A stretch of DNA of 64,000 nt, from positions 382-64,381 of the forward strand of contig JAFVXL010000059.1 of the NCBI GenBank assembly GCA_017501145.1. Reading direction: 5' to 3'. This document shows, piece by piece, positions 37,400-45,223 of the stretch. Within the stretch, counting starts at the first letter, position 1. Each line of letters begins with the position of its first letter. The notes under the pieces were generated by a model. The model saw nothing but the letters and a program-made list of their open reading frames with translations, did no database searches and was not told where the DNA came from. The position numbers were made by a program, and so were the translations under genes. The DNA comes from Clostridia bacterium (lineage in GTDB: Bacteria; Bacillota; Clostridia; Christensenellales; Pumilibacteraceae).

Positions 37400-38119
37400 A
37401 TGAGATTAGAAAACAAAGTTGCAGTGGTTACTGGTGGAGCAAAGGGACTTGGCGGAGAAATGGCTCAGCTTTTTGCTAAGGAAGGAGCTAAGGTTATTGC
37501 TGCTGATATGGCAGACCTTACCTACGAAAACGCTAACGTAGAAGGCTACAAGCTTAACGTTGCAGACAGCGCTGCTTGTAAGGAATTTTATGACTACGTT
37601 ATCGGAAAATACGGCAAAATTGACATTTTGGTAAACAACGCAGGTATTACTCGCGACGCAATGACGAGAAAAATGACCGACGAAATGTGGGATCTCGTTA
37701 TTGACGTAAACCTCAAGGGTGTATTCAACCTTACCAGTCTCGTTGGACCGCAAATGGAAGAAATCGGCGGCGGTAGCATTATTAGCATTTCATCGGTAGT
37801 TGGCGAATACGGCAATATCGGTCAAGCTAACTACGCTGCTACTAAGGCAGGCGTTATCGGTCTTACTAAGACTTGGGCAAAGGAATTTGCAAGAAAGGGC
37901 GTTCCTGTAAGAGTTAACGCAATCGCTCCGGGATACATTATGACCGATATTCTTAAGACCGTTCCGCAAGACCTTTTGGATAAGTTCGCTAAGCTCACTA
38001 TGCTTGGTCGCTTAGGTCAGCCCGAAGAAATTGCTAAGGCTGCTTTGTTCCTTGCGTCTGACGACGCTTCGTACGTAACCGGTCACGTATTGTCGGTTAA
38101 CGGCGGTATGAGATTATAA
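37400..38119 (+). CDS. FabG/PhaB-type short-chain dehydrogenase (3-oxoacyl thioester reductase)
   Basis: 239 aa. VTGGAKGLG, NNAGITRD, SSVVG..GN.GQANYAATKAG (YxxxK), NAIAPGYI. Confidence 0.85.
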   Translation: MRLENKVAVVTGGAKGLGGEMAQLFAKEGAKVIAADMADLTYENANVEGYKLNVADSAACKEFYDYVIGKYGKIDILVNNAGITRDAMTRKMTDEMWDLVIDVNLKGVFNLTSLVGPQMEEIGGGSIISISSVVGEYGNIGQANYAATKAGVIGLTKTWAKEFARKGVPVRVNAIAPGYIMTDILKTVPQDLLDKFAKLTMLGRLGQPEEIAKAALFLASDDASYVTGHVLSVNGGMRL

Positions 38120-38135
38120 TATACGGAGGTGCCAT

Positions 38136-39152
38136 ATGGCGGTAAACGTAGGCATTGTGGGAACGGGCGTGTACCTTCCCGAAACTATTATGACGGCAGC
38201 CGAAATCGCTGCAGCAACCAACGGTGTTTGGACGGAAGAGGCTGTAAGAGCTAAGCTCGGTATCAATAAAAAATATATCGCAGGCCCCGAGGACGGCACT
38301 CAAGAAATGGGCGCTAGAGCTGCATTAAAGTGTCTTGAAAATACTGGTGTAAAGCCTGAAGAAATCGACCTTATCCTTTGCATAGGCGAGGAGTGGAAGG
38401 AATATCCGCTTACCACGTCTGCGCTTTATATTCAGGATAGAATAGGCGCGGTTAACGCTTGGGGTATTGACGTTCAAAACAGATGCTGCACTTGCGTATC
38501 CGCAATGAAGATTGCTAAGGATATGCTTATTGCAGACGACAATATTAACACTGTACTTATTGCGGGCGGCTACCGCAACGGCGATTTCGTTGACTATACT
38601 GACAAAAATATGTCCATGATGTATAATCTTTCGGCAGGTGGCGGCGCTATAATTCTTAAGAAAAATTATGGCAAAAACCTTTTGCTTGGTAGCAAGATTA
38701 TAGCTGACGGATCGCTTTCCCGTACGGCCGGCGTAGAAATCGGCGGCACGGTAAAGCCGTTTACTAAGGATAATATCGAAGAAGGATATCGTTCGCTCCG
38801 TCTTATGGAGCCGCAAAAGATGAAGGATAGACTTAACGAGGTTTCTGTACCTAACTGGTACAAGTGCATTGACGACAGTCTTGCTCAAGACGGACTTACT
38901 CGCAAGGATATATCTTATCTCGATATCTTGCACATGAAGCGCTCTGGTCACGTAGGTATGCTTAAGGATTTAGGACTTACCGAGGATCAAGCAATTTATC
39001 TCGAAGACTACGGTCACGTAGGCCAAATAGACCAAATTCTTTCGCTTGAGCTTGCTCTTAAGCAAGGCAAGGTAAAGGAAGGCAGTATCGTTTGTATGGT
39101 TGCTGCAGGTATCGGTTACGTTTGGTCTGCTAACGTTATTAAATGGGGTTAA
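38136..39152 (+). CDS. KASIII (FabH)-like thiolase-fold protein with non-canonical active-site pattern
   Basis: 338 aa. FabH-like N-terminus (IVGTGVYLPE) and Cys region DVQNRCCTCVSAM. ILHMKRS sits where FabH has HQAN, and YGHVGQID where FabH has GNTSAAS (alignment by eye). Confidence 0.65.
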   Translation: MAVNVGIVGTGVYLPETIMTAAEIAAATNGVWTEEAVRAKLGINKKYIAGPEDGTQEMGARAALKCLENTGVKPEEIDLILCIGEEWKEYPLTTSALYIQDRIGAVNAWGIDVQNRCCTCVSAMKIAKDMLIADDNINTVLIAGGYRNGDFVDYTDKNMSMMYNLSAGGGAIILKKNYGKNLLLGSKIIADGSLSRTAGVEIGGTVKPFTKDNIEEGYRSLRLMEPQKMKDRLNEVSVPNWYKCIDDSLAQDGLTRKDISYLDILHMKRSGHVGMLKDLGLTEDQAIYLEDYGHVGQIDQILSLELALKQGKVKEGSIVCMVAAGIGYVWSANVIKWG

Positions 39153-39155
39153 AAA

Positions 39156-40091
39156 ATGGGTTATTTTCTTGACACATTAATCGACTCGTCTATGCCGATG
39201 TGCGTCACGGCGCTAGTTACGATGGCGATTACGCTTATTTTCAAGACATCGTTTACGACCAACTTCGCCCAAGGCGTTATTTCTGCTTTTGGCGCGTACG
39301 TTGCGTCTACGTTGTTTGCGAAAATGGGTATGCCCGTGTTTGTGGCAGTACCTATAAGCGTAATTGCGTCTATGACTATTGCGGTGCTCGTTGACGTAGT
39401 GTTGTTCAGGAAAGGACGTTACGTAAATGCTATAGGTAAACAAATTATTACCATGGGACTTATCTCGGTAATTGTTAGCGTTATTCCGCTTATTTTTACC
39501 GATTTAAGCTATCAAGCGATAAATTTTATTAGCGGCAACTTTACATTTTACGTAGGAGATTATAACGTAACGTTCTCTAAAAACGCGCTTGTCGGCATAA
39601 TTATTACCGTCATAGTGCTCGTTCTTTTGTTCGTATTGCTCAGATACAGCAAGTGGGGACTTTCGGTTAGGGCAACGGCTTCTAACGAATACGTTGCAGG
39701 TATGATGGGTGTAAACACTCACGTAGTAACCGCTGTTTCTTGGGGTATAGCAGGTGCGTTAGGCGCTTTGGCTGCTTGCTTAAACTCAGCAGGCAATGCA
39801 GAGATAGGCGTATACTTTATGACGGAATATCAGGTAACAGCCTTTTTGGCGGGAATCGTTGGCGGATTTGCTACCTTCCACGGTCCGGTAATTATCGCGC
39901 TTTGTATTCCGCTTATGACAAACCTTATAAGCTGGTTTGGTAACGGCGTAATATCGTCTATTACTGGCGATATGCAGCTTGGCGCGTCCATAGCTAACTG
40001 GTCGACCACCATTATTTACGTTATTGCGCTTATAATCATATTCTTTAAGCCTAACGGATTATTTGGCAAAAAGGTCGAAAAGAAGGTGTAG
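39156..40091 (+). CDS. livH: Branched-chain-amino-acid-type (HAAT family) ABC permease, LivH-like
   Basis: 311-aa polytopic membrane protein directly followed by LivM/G/F-like genes. Starts 3 nt after the KASIII-like stop. Confidence 0.8.
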   Translation: MGYFLDTLIDSSMPMCVTALVTMAITLIFKTSFTTNFAQGVISAFGAYVASTLFAKMGMPVFVAVPISVIASMTIAVLVDVVLFRKGRYVNAIGKQIITMGLISVIVSVIPLIFTDLSYQAINFISGNFTFYVGDYNVTFSKNALVGIIITVIVLVLLFVLLRYSKWGLSVRATASNEYVAGMMGVNTHVVTAVSWGIAGALGALAACLNSAGNAEIGVYFMTEYQVTAFLAGIVGGFATFHGPVIIALCIPLMTNLISWFGNGVISSITGDMQLGASIANWSTTIIYVIALIIIFFKPNGLFGKKVEKKV

Positions 40092-40094
40092 CGT

Positions 40095-41189
40095 ATGAAA
40101 AAGAACTTACTTAACAAATATTCTTTGTTTGCGCAAGACACGTTTGTGCAACCTCAATCTAAGATGATTGGTATAAAGAAAGCCGCAAGCAATCCCATAT
40201 TGCATTACATTATTTTCGGTGTGATTATAATGGTTGTGCTTTATATGGCGGTGCAGCTCAAGGTTTTGCCGTATAGCTGGTATGGCGGAATAATTTATAC
40301 CGCGGCGTACAGCATTTCGTCAATAGGCTTTTGTCTTTTGATGGGATACTCTGGTCTTGCGTCACTTGGTACGGGTGGATTTATCGGAATAGGCTGCTAC
40401 GCGGTATATTACGTTACTGCGCTTTCGGGCTTGCCTTTTATCGTTTCGGTGATAGCTGCCATAGTTATCGCTGCGGTAATCGGCGTTATCGTAGGATTTA
40501 TATCGTTGCGAATCGAAAGCATTTACTTAGTAATACTTACGCTTGGGTTGTCCGAGATTTTGCGTAATATTTATATGTCGCTTTCGGACAGCATCAATAT
40601 CGGAACCATAAAGATTTTTGGTTCGGCTCTCAAAACGGCTGACGTTATGTACGTAATTATCCCCGTGCTTATTATAATTATGATAATAACGCATAACATA
40701 ATAGTTAGTCCTACGGGTAGAGCTATGCTTGCTATGAAAAACAGCACGGCAGCAGCTCAGGCAATGGGTATTAGCTTGCTTAAATACCGTCTTATGGCGT
40801 TTATAATATGTACCATATACGCGGCTATAAGCGGCAGTATGCTAATTTTGAGAAGTGGCGCGGCAACAGCTTCGTCCGGAACGAGCTTTTATGCGCTTAT
40901 AACCTCGCTTAATATTTTGGCGGCGGTTATCATAGGCGGATACAAGTCTATATGGGGCGCGGTATTTGGAACCTTCGTTATGTACGGACTTAACTCTACA
41001 ATACTTCAGAGTATCCCGTTCTTTACCGAAAATCCCGCGCTTATTACGATTATTAGCGGTGTGCTAGTAATTGTTGTAGTTATGTTCTATCCGGGTGGTC
41101 TTGCCCAGCTATTACAAAATCTCAAATTCACTTTTGCTAAGTGGAAAAAGAAGATAAGGGAGGATAAATATGGCAAAGATATTGGCTAA
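40095..41189 (+). CDS. livM: HAAT-family ABC permease, LivM-like
   Basis: 364-aa polytopic protein. GYSGLASLGTGGFIGIG, typical of LivM. Confidence 0.8.
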   Translation: MKKNLLNKYSLFAQDTFVQPQSKMIGIKKAASNPILHYIIFGVIIMVVLYMAVQLKVLPYSWYGGIIYTAAYSISSIGFCLLMGYSGLASLGTGGFIGIGCYAVYYVTALSGLPFIVSVIAAIVIAAVIGVIVGFISLRIESIYLVILTLGLSEILRNIYMSLSDSINIGTIKIFGSALKTADVMYVIIPVLIIIMIITHNIIVSPTGRAMLAMKNSTAAAQAMGISLLKYRLMAFIICTIYAAISGSMLILRSGAATASSGTSFYALITSLNILAAVIIGGYKSIWGAVFGTFVMYGLNSTILQSIPFFTENPALITIISGVLVIVVVMFYPGGLAQLLQNLKFTFAKWKKKIREDKYGKDIG

Positions 41190-42591
41190 TATTTTACCTT
41201 CGCCGGCAAACAAGCTTGCCTTAAAACGTAAGGAATTGCATTGGATTGTAAGCGAGCTTGACAGCTTGGAGGAAGTGACCTCTAAGCGTGAGCAAGAAGA
41301 GATTGCAAAAATCAAGTTTTCGCTTAATAAGCGACTTAACAAAGCGGCGTTTGACGCTTGTGACAAAAACGAATACGTTCAAGAGCTTATTTATAACAAG
41401 CTTTTGAGCTATGACGTAAAGAATTATATGAACCATAGGGCATTGAACCACGGTCTTATAAAAAAGATTTTTAAGGCAAAACGTGAAAATAAGCCCATCG
41501 ACGCGCTTATTGCCGAGCATGATAAAAAGTATGACGAGCTTAAAATCAAAAGAGCCAAGTACGTTGATAAGCTCGAGCAAGAAAAACAACGTTTTTTGGC
41601 AAAATACACTACGACATCTAGTCAAGACTACGAAAATCTCAAAAAAGAGCTTATGCTAGAGTTTGAGCAAAAGGCTGATGGTATCAAAAAAGAGCTTGCG
41701 GCAAAGATGCAAAAAACTCGCGCTCAGCTTGAGCAAAAGGCGGCTAAGGTCAAAGAGGAAATGGCAGAGCTCAAAAAGCAAGTCCCTGACGCGGCGACGC
41801 TCCCTGATGACGTGCTGCTCCAAGTTAAGGGCTTAAAGATGTACTTTGGCGGACTTAAGGCGGTTGACGACCTTACCTTTGACGTAAAGAAAGGCGAAAT
41901 CTTTGGTCTAATCGGACCTAACGGCGCAGGTAAAACAACCGTATTTAACTGCATAACTCGCTTTTATAACGCAACGGGCGGAGATATGTACTTTGAGAAC
42001 AGACAGGGCGAAGTGGTAGACTTGCGTTCGTTCAAGGTTCACGACGTAATTTTGCAAGGAATAAGCAGAACGTTCCAAAACGTAGAGCTCGTAAAAGAAA
42101 TTTCCGTTTTGGATAACCTGCTTGTAGCTTGCACAAGAGAATACCGTTCGGGATTTTGGGCACACCTGATCGGATTGCCCATGGTCAAAAAGGAAGAAAA
42201 TATTCTTAAGCTTAAGGCTATGCGTATACTTAAGTTTATGGGTATTGAGGCGTACGCTAACTGGTACGCTATGGGACTTCCGTACGGTATCCTCAAAAAG
42301 GTAGAAATCGCGCGCGCTCTTATGCTTGACAGCAGACTTATCATTATGGACGAACCTGCCGCAGGTCTAAACGATACCGAAACGGCAGATCTTGCCCAAA
42401 CCATTAAGCGTATTCGCGACGAATTTAATGCGACCATCTTGCTCGTAGAGCACGATATGAAGCTCGTAATGGGAATTTGTGACACCGTTTGCGCAATATC
42501 GTTCGGTCAGATGCTTGCTATCGGCACTCCGCAAGAGGTGCAGGCAAACCAAGCGGTTCAGCAGGCTTATCTTGGCGCAATGGAGGAATAG
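41170..42591 (+). CDS. livG: HAAT-family ABC ATPase (LivG-like) with ~210-aa coiled-coil N-terminal extension
   Basis: 473 aa. GGGAGG ribosome-binding site 7 nt before the ATG at 41170, which overlaps livM by 20 nt. Residues ~214-473 are canonical (LKMYFGGLKAVDDL, GPNGAGKTT, LPYG..K..EIARAL, IMDEPAAGL). Residues 1-212 are Lys/Glu-rich with no stop codon. Confidence 0.8.
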   Translation: MAKILANILPSPANKLALKRKELHWIVSELDSLEEVTSKREQEEIAKIKFSLNKRLNKAAFDACDKNEYVQELIYNKLLSYDVKNYMNHRALNHGLIKKIFKAKRENKPIDALIAEHDKKYDELKIKRAKYVDKLEQEKQRFLAKYTTTSSQDYENLKKELMLEFEQKADGIKKELAAKMQKTRAQLEQKAAKVKEEMAELKKQVPDAATLPDDVLLQVKGLKMYFGGLKAVDDLTFDVKKGEIFGLIGPNGAGKTTVFNCITRFYNATGGDMYFENRQGEVVDLRSFKVHDVILQGISRTFQNVELVKEISVLDNLLVACTREYRSGFWAHLIGLPMVKKEENILKLKAMRILKFMGIEAYANWYAMGLPYGILKKVEIARALMLDSRLIIMDEPAAGLNDTETADLAQTIKRIRDEFNATILLVEHDMKLVMGICDTVCAISFGQMLAIGTPQEVQANQAVQQAYLGAMEE

Positions 42592-42594
42592 GGT

Positions 42595-43308
42595 ATGGAC
42601 GTTTTACAAATAAAAGGCTTAAAGCTCAATTACGGACCGATAAACGCCATTAAGGGTATAGACATCAACGTTAAAGAAGGTCAAATCGTTGCTTTGCTTG
42701 GCGCAAACGGCGCAGGCAAAACGTCCACGCTAAAGGTTATATCAGGCTTGCTTAAGCCGACAGCCGGCGAAATTTTGTTTGACGGCAAAAACATAGCAGG
42801 CAAGGCGGCGCACAAAATTGCTAAGGGCGGCATAATGCAATCACCCGAAGGCAGACACGTATTGGTAGGACTTACGGTAGAAGAAAATTTACGCGTAGGC
42901 GGCTACAATATAAAAGACAAGAACAAGCTTAGCGAAAATTTCGAAAGGGTGTATTCGCTTTTTCCGCGTCTTAAGGAAAGGCAAAAGCAGCAGTCCAACA
43001 CCTTGTCGGGCGGCGAGCAGCAAATGCTTGCTATAGGCCGCGCGCTTATGGGCAGTCCTAAGGTTCTTCTTTTGGACGAACCGTCCCTTGGTCTTGCGCC
43101 GTTGCTCATCAAAGATATTTTTGATACGCTTGTCAAAATCAAAAAGGAGGGCACTACTATTCTTATAGTAGAACAAAACGCTCTCGCAACACTCAAAATT
43201 GCCGATTACGCTTACGTGCTTGAGCTTGGCAAGATAAGCATGCACGGCGCGGCAAACGAGCTTATCAAGGACGAACGACTTATCGAAGCGTACCTTGGTG
43301 GCAAATAA
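42595..43308 (+). CDS. livF: HAAT-family ABC ATPase, LivF-like
   Basis: 237 aa. GANGAGKTS, LSGGEQQMLAIGRAL, LLDEPSLGLAP. Confidence 0.9.
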   Translation: MDVLQIKGLKLNYGPINAIKGIDINVKEGQIVALLGANGAGKTSTLKVISGLLKPTAGEILFDGKNIAGKAAHKIAKGGIMQSPEGRHVLVGLTVEENLRVGGYNIKDKNKLSENFERVYSLFPRLKERQKQQSNTLSGGEQQMLAIGRALMGSPKVLLLDEPSLGLAPLLIKDIFDTLVKIKKEGTTILIVEQNALATLKIADYAYVLELGKISMHGAANELIKDERLIEAYLGGK

Positions 43309-43370
43309 ATATGGTTACAACTCATTCGTGAGAAAATGAGTACAAAATTTTTATAAAGGAGATAAAAACT

Positions 43371-44942
43371 ATGAAGCTTTTCAAAAAAATTACTGTTTTT
43401 TGCCTTGCGGCAATGATGACGGTAGGCCTCTGTGTAGGTTGTCAAAAGCCGGTTGACCTTGCAGGTGTTACTGATACGCATATTTACGTTGGTAATACTG
43501 CAGGTACTACTGGTGCTTTGTCTACCATCGGTGGCCCCTTCAATCTTGGTATTGAAGCAGCTTTCTACGCTTACAACCAAGCTGGTGGCTACAAAGGCTT
43601 GAACGAAGCTGGCGAAGCTCTTGAAACCGGCCTTTTGGTAGAGCTTAAGCACTATGATGACGGTGGTGACGCAGCTCAGTCCAAAACCCTTACCGAAAAA
43701 CTTATTCACGAAGACGAAGTTTTCGCTATAGTAGGTAACTTTGCGGCAACTTGCGTAGAAACCAACCTCGCATCCATCAAGGAAGCTGAAGTTCCCATGG
43801 TATACGCAGCTGCAGGTAACGATATTCTTCATAACGACAACGCTACTTCGCTTGCAGATAGAGGTATTTTCCCCGTTCAACCGTTGAACAAGACCGAGGG
43901 TAGAATGCTTATTCTTCGCGCCTTCGCTCCCGCAGCAAACGGCGGTCTTGCAGCTACTAAAGTTGGCGTATTGTCCGATGCTGCTAACGAAGCAAGCAAA
44001 ACTATGCTTAAGGGTATCAACGATGAGGCTAACGCTAACCTTAGCGCAACTCAAAAATCTAATATCGTAACTCAAGAGGTTTCCGGCTCTGATTATGCGG
44101 CTGCTGTTAACGCGCTTAAAAACGCTAACTGCGACGTAATCATTATCACTTCTACCGGCGCTAACTACTTGGCTGCTCTTAAGGCTATTGCAAGCGCAGA
44201 ATATACCGTTAAAGTTCTTACTTCGTATAACAACGCAAGCGCGGCTCCGTTTAACGACGCAACAACCAACACACTTAAGGCAGAATACGCTGACGTATTT
44301 AACTACGTAACGCTTTATGCTCAGGCTTGGCTCGATATCACTTCGGCAACCGAGCTTTATACCAACACCGAGCATCCGCTTTATGCTCTTTATAACGCTA
44401 CGTTTACCGCTACGTTTACCACTACTTTCACGGCTTTGTATTATCAAACTTATTATGATGCTTACATTGCTCTAGAATACACCCCCGAGGATGCAGCAGC
44501 TGCTGCAAACGCAGATATTGCTGCTTTGGTAGCTACTACCTTGGCTGGCGGTATGCCTGGCTTTAAGCTTGAGTATTGGGAGCTTGCAGAGGATATTTAC
44601 GATTACTGTATAGCAGAAGGTATGGACGCTCTTACCGCGTTTACTTATAGCTACGATTCTTATGCAATCGCAGGCTATATCGCAGGTGACCTTTTCTGCC
44701 AAGGCCTTGCAGCTTTGGAAGAATCGGGTAAGGCTCTTACCAGAGAAAATTATATTGACGTAATGGGCGCAGGCGCTTTCAGCATCCCGACCGCTAACGA
44801 TATTTCGTTCGTAAACGGCTTGCGTCAAGGCGTTGACTCGTTTGCATTGACCTCTATTTATAACAACGGAACCGCTGCAACCAGCGCAACCGCATATACC
44901 CTTGTTTCGCTTGACGAGTACAGAACTCTTCTTGCGGCTTAA
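43371..44942 (+). CDS. Lipoprotein, type-I periplasmic-binding-fold solute-binding protein (LivJ-like) with ~110-aa Ala/Thr/Tyr-rich insertion
   Basis: 523 aa. Lipobox VGLCVGC|Q. IYVGNTAGTTGALS..G and FAIVGNFA are typical of the Leu/Ile/Val-binding family. It is about 130 aa longer than the usual ~390 aa. Confidence 0.7.
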   Translation: MKLFKKITVFCLAAMMTVGLCVGCQKPVDLAGVTDTHIYVGNTAGTTGALSTIGGPFNLGIEAAFYAYNQAGGYKGLNEAGEALETGLLVELKHYDDGGDAAQSKTLTEKLIHEDEVFAIVGNFAATCVETNLASIKEAEVPMVYAAAGNDILHNDNATSLADRGIFPVQPLNKTEGRMLILRAFAPAANGGLAATKVGVLSDAANEASKTMLKGINDEANANLSATQKSNIVTQEVSGSDYAAAVNALKNANCDVIIITSTGANYLAALKAIASAEYTVKVLTSYNNASAAPFNDATTNTLKAEYADVFNYVTLYAQAWLDITSATELYTNTEHPLYALYNATFTATFTTTFTALYYQTYYDAYIALEYTPEDAAAAANADIAALVATTLAGGMPGFKLEYWELAEDIYDYCIAEGMDALTAFTYSYDSYAIAGYIAGDLFCQGLAALEESGKALTRENYIDVMGAGAFSIPTANDISFVNGLRQGVDSFALTSIYNNGTAATSATAYTLVSLDEYRTLLAA

Positions 44943-45160
44943 TAACAAACACAACTAATTCAGACGTCAAAAAATTTCTCACGAATGACAAATGACGCCC
45001 GAAGACCTACCCCCTGTCTTGATAGGCGGGGGATAGTGTCTACGTAATCAATATACGTTAATAAAAATTATTGTCTAAAATTTACTGCCTAACAATTTTG
45101 CTAACGCTTAACACCTAACAAATAACATCTTTAATACGAAATCAATTCTAAATTTTGCTT

Positions 45161-45189
45161 TTGAAAGCTAAATCTTAGATTATTATAAA
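45161..45189 (+). promoter_or_regulatory. Weak internal promoter candidate for the CoA-transferase unit
   Basis: TTGAAA, 17-nt spacer, TATAAA, inside the 281-nt gap. Confidence 0.35.
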
Positions 45190-45223
45190 ATTAATATAAA
45201 AATTAACTCAAGGAGATATAATT

